From an uncultured archaeon (GTDB lineage Archaea; Nanobdellota; Nanobdellia; Pacearchaeales; GW2011-AR1), in the NCBI GenBank assembly GCA_903831045.1, contig CAIKWG010000005.1, forward strand, positions 7,743-71,742: 64,000 bases of DNA. The letters are read 5' to 3'. A program made the position numbers and the translations under genes. Below the pieces are notes generated by a model. The model had not been told where the DNA came from. It worked only from the letters and a program-made list of their open reading frames with translations, and did no database searches. Positions 28,846 through 38,432 of this stretch are shown here, piece by piece (position 1 is the stretch's first letter; every line of letters starts with the position of its first letter).

Positions 28846-30128
28846 TTTATATTAAAATTTTCAAAGTAAATGTCCTTTTCTTTAATTTGATTTTTTTTGA
28901 ATTCAAAAGCTAAAGATTTCATCATAGCAGGAGGACCACATAATAGAATATCCTTCTTAGGAATATCAACACCGGCCTTGGAAATTCCTTGAAAATTTAT
29001 TCTTCCTTTCTCATCAGAGTTCCATTCAATTATTTTAATATTTTTATTTTTCTCAGCAATCTTATTCAATTCCTTGAGAAAGACCATTTCTTTTTTAGTT
29101 CCAGTACAATAATATAAATCAACTTTTTCAGAAAATCTAAGACTTCCCAGAACACTCAAAAAAGGAGTAATTCCAATTCCACCGGCCACAATAATTTTAT
29201 CTTTTTTAGAATTCAAATTAAAAAATCCCCCATAGGGACCTTCAAGTCTAACCCTGGTTCCAATTTTTAATAACTCTAAATGAGAAGTATAATCTCCAAG
29301 ACTCTTAATACCAAAAGTAATATTTTCTTTTTCAGGACTAGATAAAATGCTAAATGGATGCTGTTCATTGCCAAGCTCAGATTTATCCATTTGAACAAAA
29401 GCAAATTGCCCTGCATTAAATTTCATTTTTTTCCCAATAGGTTTCATTTCCAAAAGTGTAATCTTATCTCTCAGTTCAATTTTTACAATTCCATATTTAT
29501 ATCCTCCAAAATAAGGACGAATAAAAAGCCCATAAATATATGCCAATCCTCCGAGGATAGAAATAATAATTATATAAATTTTTAGAGCTGGATATCTTGA
29601 AATATCAGTGGTTATTAAGAAAATATGAAGAAGAGTAAATAGATAAACTGCCCCCATAAATTTATGAGACAATTTCCATCTTTGATATTTTAGCGCCATA
29701 AACATTGTAAAAACAATTAATAGTATCATTAAAACAAGTGCAATAATTCCAAAATTTACAGACCATGCTCCACTAGGCAACAGATAATTAGCAGCTTGCG
29801 CTACATTTGAAGGAACAAATTTTAAGACTAATAATAAAGGATGAAATAAAATAAGAATAAATGCAAAAATTCCAATTAAATGATGCTGAGAATACATCCT
29901 GTCTAATCCTCCAGATAATCTTTCTAGAAATTTAGAACGAGTCATTAGAACAAAACTTAATGAAAAAAGAACCATCCCGATTAATCCAAAAAGTTGTCCA
30001 AGACTATGCGTTGCAATGCCATAGCTAGAAAAAGTAGGAGTATAATCTCGCACAACTAACCAAATAAAAAAAGTAAGCAATGACAATGCTAGAGCCAACA
30101 TTAACCCGAAATTAAATTTGCTTTTCAT
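28842..30128 (-). CDS. Ferric-reductase-like TM domain fused to FNR-type FAD/NAD(P)-binding domain
   Basis: Heme His residues (HH, HP, HK, HI), HPFS, EGPYG, AGGIGITP, CGP and ENF. Confidence 0.9.
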   Translation of the reverse strand: MKSKFNFGLMLALALSLLTFFIWLVVRDYTPTFSSYGIATHSLGQLFGLIGMVLFSLSFVLMTRSKFLERLSGGLDRMYSQHHLIGIFAFILILFHPLLLVLKFVPSNVAQAANYLLPSGAWSVNFGIIALVLMILLIVFTMFMALKYQRWKLSHKFMGAVYLFTLLHIFLITTDISRYPALKIYIIIISILGGLAYIYGLFIRPYFGGYKYGIVKIELRDKITLLEMKPIGKKMKFNAGQFAFVQMDKSELGNEQHPFSILSSPEKENITFGIKSLGDYTSHLELLKIGTRVRLEGPYGGFFNLNSKKDKIIVAGGIGITPFLSVLGSLRFSEKVDLYYCTGTKKEMVFLKELNKIAEKNKNIKIIEWNSDEKGRINFQGISKAGVDIPKKDILLCGPPAMMKSLAFEFKKNQIKEKDIYFENFNIK

Positions 30129-30969
30129 TGTTAATATAGGACATAAAATTATTATAATCCTTTTTATTTAATTCTGAATCAATAGTATAAACAGCATATT
30201 TTTTCATCTTGCTGATTATTTTTTCTCTTTCTTTTTTAGAAGATACAAAAACAACACTTGCGAATAAATCTGCCTCAAGTAAAGTTTTTGCTACAACAGT
30301 TACAGAAATTAAATCTTTTTTATTAAGAATATGGCTTTGAGAATAATCTTCCCAGAATTGGTTATAATCACCAGAAGTTGCAATAGCACGATTTTTAATT
30401 CTTAAAACAAAAGGAATCTTTACTCCTTCTCTCGGAGACATTATTCCAACTCTCTCAGCATATTTTCCATAGCATAACAAATCCCCCCTCAAATCAATAA
30501 AAAAAGATTTTACTCCTGCTTTTTTTAAAAAATATGAAATTCTATCTCCAATATATCCCTTTGCAACACTTCCAAGATCAATCATTGCATCTGAAGAATT
30601 CAAAATAACTTTTTTACCTTTAATTAGAATATCTCTATAGGAACAATTTATTCTAGACAAATTTTTTCCTTGCTTCCTTTCTAAAATGTTCTTACCCAGA
30701 GAGATATCATAAGCTCCTCTGCTTATCTTACAATATTCAAGTGATTTTTTTAAAACTTCTAAAAGTTCTGGAGAAACATCCTTCTTACGATGTTTATTCA
30801 AGAGAGATAGTTCACTATAATCATCAAAGAAATTGAATATTTTAACAAGTCTTACTAATTCTTTGAAAACATCTTCCGAGATAATATCCGAAATTTCCTT
30901 TTCCAAATTGTAGAGAACTAGTTTTACATTTCCTCCCATTATTTCATATACATATTCATTAGATTTCAT
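30112..30969 (-). CDS. apbE: ApbE FAD:protein FMN transferase
   Basis: SELS.LN, GAYDI, IDLGSVAKGY, IATSGDY, SHIL and SVTV...AD motifs. Confidence 0.9.
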   Translation of the reverse strand: MKSNEYVYEIMGGNVKLVLYNLEKEISDIISEDVFKELVRLVKIFNFFDDYSELSLLNKHRKKDVSPELLEVLKKSLEYCKISRGAYDISLGKNILERKQGKNLSRINCSYRDILIKGKKVILNSSDAMIDLGSVAKGYIGDRISYFLKKAGVKSFFIDLRGDLLCYGKYAERVGIMSPREGVKIPFVLRIKNRAIATSGDYNQFWEDYSQSHILNKKDLISVTVVAKTLLEADLFASVVFVSSKKEREKIISKMKKYAVYTIDSELNKKDYNNFMSYINNEKQI

Positions 30970-30999
30970 TATAATTAGTATCCTTCTTCATTAAAAGAA

Positions 31000-31614
31000 T
31001 TATTCTTTTTTTTCCTTTTTAGAAAATATTCTAGCCAGATGATAAACAGATCCAAAAACAATAATTCCAGGTAAAAGTGCTAAACCCAATCCTGGAATAA
31101 GTAAGCTCGTTCCAATAGCTCCAACAGTTCCAGCACCAACTGTCTCAAGTACTTTTACTGCAGCGGGAACACTTTGCTCAACATTTCTTTGAAGAGCATC
31201 AATCTGCATCACCATCTTACCTTTTTTAAGAATTTTAACTTTTTTATCCTCTTCAGATACAATTACTACAAGATTATCTCCAATAGCAGCACTAAACGCA
31301 GCACTATGTCTAGTACCAAAATCTTTCAGAGTTTTTTTAGATTTAATCATTACTCCATAGGCTTCAACAAAACCATTACAATCAATGATTACAGCACCAT
31401 CCATAAGTGCGAGAGATTCAAGAAGTTTCAAATTTTCAACTGCCCTAAATGGAGGAACAGACTGATTAATTAATGGTTTATATTCCACCTTACCAACTAC
31501 AAAGAGAGCTCCTTCTCCACGTTTAGCAACTCTAAGTGCAACCTGAATTAAAGCTTCTTCAATTTTCTTAGTCGCACATTGAATAGGTTTTTTAGATTTT
31601 TTATTGAGTTTCAT
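31000..31614 (-). CDS. Diadenylate cyclase (DAC/DisA_N domain) with C-terminal hydrophobic segment
   Basis: GEGALF, MDGAVII, GTRHSAA and VSEE motifs. Confidence 0.85.
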   Translation of the reverse strand: MKLNKKSKKPIQCATKKIEEALIQVALRVAKRGEGALFVVGKVEYKPLINQSVPPFRAVENLKLLESLALMDGAVIIDCNGFVEAYGVMIKSKKTLKDFGTRHSAAFSAAIGDNLVVIVSEEDKKVKILKKGKMVMQIDALQRNVEQSVPAAVKVLETVGAGTVGAIGTSLLIPGLGLALLPGIIVFGSVYHLARIFSKKEKKE

Positions 31615-31667
31615 AAAAAGTCAAGATAATTTAGAGTTATAAATTTAACGAATTACAGATTCATACT

Positions 31668-31970
31668 TTAAATTTCGGAACATTCCCCACGATAATAAGC
31701 CCATTCTTCACATTCGCTTCCATTCTTAAAAATACAATAACCAACCTGCCCTCCATCCTCGGAAGTTCTAATATCTAATCTTCCCCCATTAACAAGACAG
31801 TTGCTAGATGCAGGATTAGCAATTTGAGAGTTAATTTCCGTAGAATCCATTAATAGTTTATCTAAAACATTTATTTCGTTTAATAATTTTAAAACTCCAG
31901 CAAAAATAAGAAGAATAATGAGCAATGTCAAAAATGCAACTAAAACTTTTTCTGTGTTTTTCATATACAA
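31668..31970 (-). CDS. DUF333-domain membrane-anchored protein
   Basis: IANPAS..C...GG...GYC...CEEWAYYRGEC. Confidence 0.88.
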   Translation of the reverse strand: MYMKNTEKVLVAFLTLLIILLIFAGVLKLLNEINVLDKLLMDSTEINSQIANPASSNCLVNGGRLDIRTSEDGGQVGYCIFKNGSECEEWAYYRGECSEI

Positions 31971-32057
31971 GTAAGGAATAGGATATTTTTAAATTTAACA
32001 ATTTAACAAATTAGTGAAGCTTAAAAAGTGAAAGATTTTAGTTTTATTATATACTAA

Positions 32058-32130
32058 AGCCCCATAGTACAGCGGTCAAGTACGCGAGCCTCTGAAGCTT
32101 GCAACCCAGGTTCGAATCCTGGTGGGGCTA
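32058..32130 (+). tRNA. tRNA-Gln(CUG), intronless, CCA not encoded
   Basis: AGCCCCATAGTACAGCGGTCAAGTACGCGAGC-CT-CTG-AA-GCTTGCAACCCAGGTTCGAATCCTGGTGGGGCTA; A1-U72 is typical of archaeal tRNA-Gln. Confidence 0.96.
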
Positions 32131-32146
32131 TGTTCAAAGGCCTAAA

Positions 32147-32866
32147 ATGAAACTAGAAAATATATTCAAACAACCAAAGCCAATAATAGGCATGATTCAT
32201 TTGGCTGGAGAAACTTCTAATCAGAAGTTGAAAAGAGCACTAGAAGAATTAGAAATTTATGAACAAGAAGGAATTGATGGAGCGATAATTGAAGATTATC
32301 ACGGAGATATTATAGATGTGGAAAATGTTTTAAGAGCTTCTCAAAATAAAACAAACAATCTAATTTTAGGTGTTAATGTTCTAAGAAATCCCTATCTTGC
32401 ATTTGAATTAGCAAATGACTATGGTGCGAAGTTTGTCCAGTTTGATAGTGTGCAAGCACCAAACATAAATATAAACATTTACAATCAACTAAGAGAAAAA
32501 TTTCCAAACATTGCTGTTCTTGGAGGAATTGGATTTAAGTATATCCCTCCGACAGGAAATTCATTAGAAGTAGATTTAGAAGAAGGAAAATCAAGATGCG
32601 ATGCAATTGTAACTACAGGAACCGGTACCGGAATTGAAACTCCCTTAAATAAATTAAAAGAATACAAAAATATACTAAAAGATTTTCCTTTGATTGTAGG
32701 AGCAAGAGTTAATGGAAATAATGCATACTTTCAATTAAGAATTGCGGATGGAGCTATTATTGGAAGCTATTTTAAAAAAAATAACAATACCAATTTACCC
32801 ATTGATAAATCCAAGGTACAACAAATAATTGGCATGAGAAAATATGCTCTAAAAATGTCACATTAA
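32147..32866 (+). CDS. BtpA/SgcQ-family TIM-barrel protein
   Basis: KPIIGMIHL, GVNVLRN, DAIVTTGTGTG and ADGAIIGSYFK. Start moved to ATG 32147 because the longer ORF overlaps the tRNA. Confidence 0.88.
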   Translation: MKLENIFKQPKPIIGMIHLAGETSNQKLKRALEELEIYEQEGIDGAIIEDYHGDIIDVENVLRASQNKTNNLILGVNVLRNPYLAFELANDYGAKFVQFDSVQAPNININIYNQLREKFPNIAVLGGIGFKYIPPTGNSLEVDLEEGKSRCDAIVTTGTGTGIETPLNKLKEYKNILKDFPLIVGARVNGNNAYFQLRIADGAIIGSYFKKNNNTNLPIDKSKVQQIIGMRKYALKMSH

Positions 32867-35800
32867 TAATATCTTTCTTTCTTTTTTCTCTTTCTAATCT
32901 TCACAATTATCCAAAGAATAACCCCTAATCCAATTAAAACAAAAATAATAATACCAACAGGACTTGCTACAGCATTACCAAGAACAGCAAAACCAGTAAT
33001 GCCTTTAGCATTAACAGCAGTATTATTTTTCAAATTTTCTTTATTAATCGCATTATTTACTGAAGAATTTAAAAGTGTTAGAATTCCACATGTTTGACTT
33101 TCCAAAGGAACAATCCCTAGAGGCTCACAAGCATTTGCAGAATAATTACAAACTCTAGTTTGTTGATTATTAACACAAGAACTCCAAGAAGTGCAAACCC
33201 ATTTAGTTGTACAAAGTCCACTTCCTCCTCCGCCTCCACCACCAGAACTTCCTCCACCAGAATCTCCTCCAGAAGAAGTAAGACTATAAGCTCCAAATTT
33301 AGTAAAATGATAAGTCCAGATAATTAAATCAGTTCCATCATCAATATAACATTCACGAGATGCCAAACTCCCAGAAGAATTTGAAGTTGCATCACTACAT
33401 AAAGAAATTGCATAAGTTCCAGTTGAATCAGACCACAATGCTTTCTTTCCAGTCATTTTTCCTAGAGTAACCTTAACTGCCTTACTAAAATTTAATCTTT
33501 GAGTGGAACCAAGTTCAATAACAGTTTCAACTGTTCCCAGATCACTAGCCAGAGTGGTTATCTTAGGTAATTCTAAAAATCCGTTCCATGTTGAATTTCC
33601 AGAAATAACAGTTCCATAAAATATTACTGCAGTATAATTATTCGTTGGAGTTTCTCTTTCAAGAATAATATCTCCGATTAAAGAACTTATATTATTTTGA
33701 GTTCCATTAGTCATAATTGCAGACATATCTAAATTAATTGTTTTATTAGAAGCAATAGTGGAATTGATAATAATCTTTTCAACAGAAGAACATCCCTCAT
33801 TCAAAAGAATATCCGAAGTATCAGCCCAAACAGTTAAATTCTCTTCTTTAGCACATTGCTGTGTTGAATTTAAAACATTAATTATCACTGTTGCATTCAC
33901 AGTTCCATTTTTAGCACTAATTAAAGCAGTTCCAGCAGCAATAGCACTAACAAGCCCAGTTGTACTATTAACACTAGCAACGGATGAATCATTTGTAGTA
34001 TAATCAATTGTAACATTAATAGAATCATCAAATTGATCAAGACTTGTAACATTCAATTGTAAGTCATGTCCAGCAGTAATTGTAGAAGTATTAGGAGAAA
34101 TACTCATTGTTTTTAAAAAAGATGCGATATTTGAAGTTAATCCAGCTCTTCCAAGTTTCCATTGAATCCAATCAGAGCTACCAATGTCTGCATTATCTGA
34201 ACCAAGAAAATATATTTGATAATTTCTTCCACTTTTAACCACCGACGGCATCCATACACTTTTATCTCTCCAGGCTACTCCCTCAGAAGTTGTGAATAAA
34301 GTTTGCACACGAGTCCAACTAATCCCATCTGTAGAATTTGCATAACCTATTCCATTCAAAGCCTGATATGTTGTATCATTACCTCCAGAATAAAATGCTT
34401 CCCAATCTGTTGGACTATTCTTAATAACTTTGAACCATCCTATATGTTGATTATCAAACGATACTCCATCTAAAGTTCCTGCAAAAATAGGGGTTGCATA
34501 ACCAACAGAAGTTGGATCATAACCCGTCCAGTTATAACCGTTAGCTGAAAAAGCCATAACAACTAGTTCATTTGATGAATATGGAGTAGCTTCCCATTGA
34601 ACATTTGCGTATATTCTAAATTTCCAGTCTGTTCCACTGTTAGATGCTTCAGAATTATATACAACATCTGCAATACCATAATTTACTCCGGTAAGAGCAC
34701 TAAACACAGAGGGCCCGAATTGACTAACAGCTATATGATTATACCAATTAATTCCATCTGGAGATTCTGCATATCTCCATCCTTCTATGCTATGACCATC
34801 TAATCCCTGATACCAGATACGATAATTCATTGTAAGTGCACTTGGATTTGCACCTTGATTTGCTCCGGTAAATCCAATCTCATAATATTTTACATTTGAA
34901 TGATATTGTGCATCAGAAATTATTGGATTATTATCATATTCTGCCCAAATTATACCATCAGAAGATTGAGCCAGATTAATAGATGCAAAATCATTACCTG
35001 CATAATATAATTTATAATTTAAATTATCTTTAATCACATAGGCTTGATCAGGAAGAAGTGTAGAAAATACTGGAGACGAAGATTCATTGAGAGTGAAATG
35101 TTCAACTACTGGAACTGAGGTTGACATACCCACAGAATAATTTCCAGTAGAATCTCTTCCCTGAAAATACATTCTCCATAGTCCATCATCATCCATTATA
35201 TAACCATTATAGGTTCTATCAGTTCTCCATGAAACCCCATCGTCTCGATTAAATACTGGATTTGTACTATACTTTGTAAAATTTATTCCATTATGAGAAT
35301 ATGCCATACCTATTGCTTGATTATTATCTGTTGCTCCTGCACTATAAGTCATAATATAATTATTTCCTGATTTGAAAACATAAGGACTTATAGCTCCAGC
35401 ACTACTTTCCCAAGATTGAGGATTATTAACAGACAATATATCCTGTGCAACTCCCGTCCAATTAATTCCATTAGTTGAAGTATAATATTGAATTATGGCA
35501 TTGCCTTGGTCTCCATAACCTTTCCAAGTATTATTACCTTCGTATAAAACAGACAATCTATAAAATGCACCAGGCCAAGGATATGTGTTCACTCCAGTTG
35601 TGCTTGCAACAAATGTCCAATTTATTCCATTATCAGAAACTGCAATCTTTGGATTTTCAACCCAACCGTCTGCAGCATCAGTATAATAAGCCACTAATTT
35701 TTGAGAATAATAATTTTCACCAAGAGTCCATCCATCAGAATTATAGTACACAGTAAATTTATATGGCTGACTTGCAGTTGTTCCACTAACTATTATTCCA

Positions 35801-36111
35801 GGAAATTGTGCATCATTAAAATCAGCATATGTACTATTGGTATATCTAGCATTCTCACCATCTCCATACCACATGTTATACATTCCATCAATTTTAATTA
35901 CATAAGGCTGATAGGCACGATCTACTCCCGACGTAGGTCCACCAAATAAAGGATTGCCAGCAGCTTCTGTAAAATTAAATGAGAGCACATCCGATGCAAC
36001 AATATGAGAATTAAAAATAATACTTACAAGAATAATAACTCCTACAAATACATTTAAGATTATATTTTTTTTTAGTCCAACTATACCTCTATTTTCAACT
36101 TGATTTACCAT
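32863..36111 (-). CDS. Cell-surface protein: two five-bladed beta-propeller glycoside-hydrolase-like modules, Big_2 Ig domain, shared stalk and TM anchor
   Basis: Asp-box-like repeats (S.DGI.W), 'NP(V/L/I)' blade starts, Big_2-like 'SVASVNSTTGLVSA', Gly linker, CTTKW.C module and TM. Confidence 0.72.
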   Translation of the reverse strand: MVNQVENRGIVGLKKNIILNVFVGVIILVSIIFNSHIVASDVLSFNFTEAAGNPLFGGPTSGVDRAYQPYVIKIDGMYNMWYGDGENARYTNSTYADFNDAQFPGIIVSGTTASQPYKFTVYYNSDGWTLGENYYSQKLVAYYTDAADGWVENPKIAVSDNGINWTFVASTTGVNTYPWPGAFYRLSVLYEGNNTWKGYGDQGNAIIQYYTSTNGINWTGVAQDILSVNNPQSWESSAGAISPYVFKSGNNYIMTYSAGATDNNQAIGMAYSHNGINFTKYSTNPVFNRDDGVSWRTDRTYNGYIMDDDGLWRMYFQGRDSTGNYSVGMSTSVPVVEHFTLNESSSPVFSTLLPDQAYVIKDNLNYKLYYAGNDFASINLAQSSDGIIWAEYDNNPIISDAQYHSNVKYYEIGFTGANQGANPSALTMNYRIWYQGLDGHSIEGWRYAESPDGINWYNHIAVSQFGPSVFSALTGVNYGIADVVYNSEASNSGTDWKFRIYANVQWEATPYSSNELVVMAFSANGYNWTGYDPTSVGYATPIFAGTLDGVSFDNQHIGWFKVIKNSPTDWEAFYSGGNDTTYQALNGIGYANSTDGISWTRVQTLFTTSEGVAWRDKSVWMPSVVKSGRNYQIYFLGSDNADIGSSDWIQWKLGRAGLTSNIASFLKTMSISPNTSTITAGHDLQLNVTSLDQFDDSINVTIDYTTNDSSVASVNSTTGLVSAIAAGTALISAKNGTVNATVIINVLNSTQQCAKEENLTVWADTSDILLNEGCSSVEKIIINSTIASNKTINLDMSAIMTNGTQNNISSLIGDIILERETPTNNYTAVIFYGTVISGNSTWNGFLELPKITTLASDLGTVETVIELGSTQRLNFSKAVKVTLGKMTGKKALWSDSTGTYAISLCSDATSNSSGSLASRECYIDDGTDLIIWTYHFTKFGAYSLTSSGGDSGGGSSGGGGGGGSGLCTTKWVCTSWSSCVNNQQTRVCNYSANACEPLGIVPLESQTCGILTLLNSSVNNAINKENLKNNTAVNAKGITGFAVLGNAVASPVGIIIFVLIGLGVILWIIVKIRKRKKKERYY

Positions 36112-36200
36112 CTTTTTCCTCTTCCTTTAAAAAATAGAAGATAATGAAGAGTATATATATTTTTGCTGTTTACAAAAGTGGTTAAAAAATTAATAATTTC

Positions 36201-37979
36201 TTACTTTTTGCTTTTTTTACTTTTCTTTTTCTTAGAAACCTTAACAATTATCCATATAATAATTCCCAACCCAATTAGAACGAAGATTACGATACCTACT
36301 GGACTTGCTACAGCATTACCAATTACTGCAAAACCAGTAATTCCTCTTATATTGGATTCTGAATGTTCTGTTGCAGGTAAGTCTTCTGCTACAGGATTTA
36401 CTATGTTCTCTGCAAGAATACAAGTTTGATTTTCAAGAGGCTTAACTGTTGTTGGTTTACAGCTAGTTAAAGAATAATTACATGTTCTGGTTTGAACTCC
36501 GTCTACACAAGAATTCCAATTAGTACAATTCCATTTAGTTGTACAAAGTCCTCCTCCGCCTCCACCACCAGAACTTCCTCCGCTAGAACCTCCTCCAGAA
36601 GAAGTTGGAGTATAAGCTCCGAATTTAGTAAAATGATAAGTCCAAATAATTAAATTAGCTCCATCATCGAGATAACATTCTCCAGAAGCCAAACTTCCAG
36701 AAGAAGTGGAGGTTGCATCACTACATAAACCAATCGAATATGTTCCGGTTGAATCAGACCACAATGCTTTCTTTCCAGTCATTCCTCCAAGAACAACTTT
36801 AACAGCATCACTAAAGTTTAATCTTTGAGAAGAACCCATTTGAATAACAGTATTAACTGTTCCTAAATCACTTGTAAGAGTGCTAACTTGAGGTAATTCT
36901 AAAACTCCATCCCAAGTTGAATTTCCAGAAATTACAGTTCCAGAAAAGATTGTAGCAGTATAATTTACAGAAGTTGTTTGTCTTTCAAGAATCATGTCAC
37001 CTCCAACACTCACATTTGAGCTAGATAAAAGTGCAGACATATCTAAATTAATTTCTTTATCAGAAGCGATAGTTGAAGGAATGATTATCTTTTCAACTGC
37101 ACTACTTCCACTATTAAAGACAATATCAGAAGTATTTGCTCCAACAGTTACATTTTCATCCTGAGCGTATTGTTGATCAGATTCAATGATAGTTAAAACA
37201 ATATTAGCAGTCTGGGAATTTCCAGCAGCATCAGTTGCAATGATTATTAATGTGTGGGAACCAATTGAAAGAGCAGTTGCATTTGCAATAAATCCTTGAG
37301 AAGTTATGTTAAAATTAGGATTGGCATTAATAGATAATGTTACACTCTCACTAACATCAATTAAATCATATGATAAACTTTGATTATTATAAGCAGTTAG
37401 ATTATTCGCTTTTGTAAAACTCGGAGCTGTTTTATCAATATTAGTAATAGTTACAGTTGTTGAATTAGAATTCCCAGCAGCATCAGTTGCTGTGAATGTA
37501 AAATTTCCGTTTGTTGTAAAAGTATGAGATGCTGCATTTAATGTTCCTTCATTTGTTGTAGCAGTCACAGTTATACTTTGATTTGTAGGATTACGATTAT
37601 AACTTCCAATGGTGATTGTTGGAGCTGTTTTATCAACAGTTAAATGCAGTTCTGTATTCTCTCCGGAAGTAAAAGTAGAATTTTCATTTGAGTTAATTCC
37701 ATCAATTTTAAAAGAAACAACTTTTCCATTGTCAGAACTTGTCCCAGAAACACTTATCACATAAGAAGAACCATTTACCAAAGCAGAAGCAACATAAATT
37801 CCATTAAGATAAGCAGAAACATTTGCCCCTTCAGGAGCATTAACATTCCCTTCACTTTGAATTAATTGAACATTTCCATGAAACATATGGGGCATAGACG
37901 GAGTCCCCCCCAAAATCAAAGCAAAATTAAAAATTATTAAAATTCCAAATAGAACATAGAGTTTTTGATGTTTTTCCAT
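36201..37979 (-). CDS. Cell-surface protein with Ig-like domains and a C-terminal stalk/anchor paralogous to 32863-36111
   Basis: 'P..FHG.V' N-domain and 'DAAGN' Ig repeats; the last ~270 aa are very similar to the neighbour. Confidence 0.75.
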   Translation of the reverse strand: MEKHQKLYVLFGILIIFNFALILGGTPSMPHMFHGNVQLIQSEGNVNAPEGANVSAYLNGIYVASALVNGSSYVISVSGTSSDNGKVVSFKIDGINSNENSTFTSGENTELHLTVDKTAPTITIGSYNRNPTNQSITVTATTNEGTLNAASHTFTTNGNFTFTATDAAGNSNSTTVTITNIDKTAPSFTKANNLTAYNNQSLSYDLIDVSESVTLSINANPNFNITSQGFIANATALSIGSHTLIIIATDAAGNSQTANIVLTIIESDQQYAQDENVTVGANTSDIVFNSGSSAVEKIIIPSTIASDKEINLDMSALLSSSNVSVGGDMILERQTTSVNYTATIFSGTVISGNSTWDGVLELPQVSTLTSDLGTVNTVIQMGSSQRLNFSDAVKVVLGGMTGKKALWSDSTGTYSIGLCSDATSTSSGSLASGECYLDDGANLIIWTYHFTKFGAYTPTSSGGGSSGGSSGGGGGGGLCTTKWNCTNWNSCVDGVQTRTCNYSLTSCKPTTVKPLENQTCILAENIVNPVAEDLPATEHSESNIRGITGFAVIGNAVASPVGIVIFVLIGLGIIIWIIVKVSKKKKSKKSKK

Positions 37980-37987
37980 TGTATATT

Positions 37988-38431
37988 TTAGTGTTTATTA
38001 TTTTTAAAACCTTTTGATTTTTTTCTCTTAAGAGAAACCACCAAAAGAATCACCAAAATAAGAATTATTAGAATAATCCAATAAATCCAATTACTTTTTG
38101 TTTTTTTAATACTTAGATTAGTTTCAACTATATTGCCAGATTTAAATTCAAAAGATTGATTAGTAAATATATTATCCACATAAAGAGAAATTTCTTTTCC
38201 TTCTCCTTCAGAACTTGCAATAGTCAGGATATAAATTCCTTCTTCAGTAAGGGTATATTCTTTAATTGTAAAATTATCTATTTTAGCACTTACAAGAGTT
38301 CCAGTCGGAGCAAGTTTTTCATTAATAGAAACTTGACCTTGAATGATGGTTGGAAGTCCAGGCATATCTGCAGCATAAACTAAACTAGTAAAACAAATTA
38401 AAGTTAAAATCAAAAGAGGAAAGAATTTCAT
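37988..38431 (-). CDS. Small secreted TM-anchored protein (P..I.G.V beta-sandwich)
   Basis: Signal peptide, 'PTIIQGQV' and C-terminal TM. Confidence 0.65.
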   Translation of the reverse strand: MKFFPLLILTLICFTSLVYAADMPGLPTIIQGQVSINEKLAPTGTLVSAKIDNFTIKEYTLTEEGIYILTIASSEGEGKEISLYVDNIFTNQSFEFKSGNIVETNLSIKKTKSNWIYWIILIILILVILLVVSLKRKKSKGFKNNKH

Positions 38432-38432
38432 T

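Noticed and set aside
32099-32146. N-terminal extension of the BtpA ORF
   Set aside because: It overlaps tRNA-Gln; the real start is ATG 32147.
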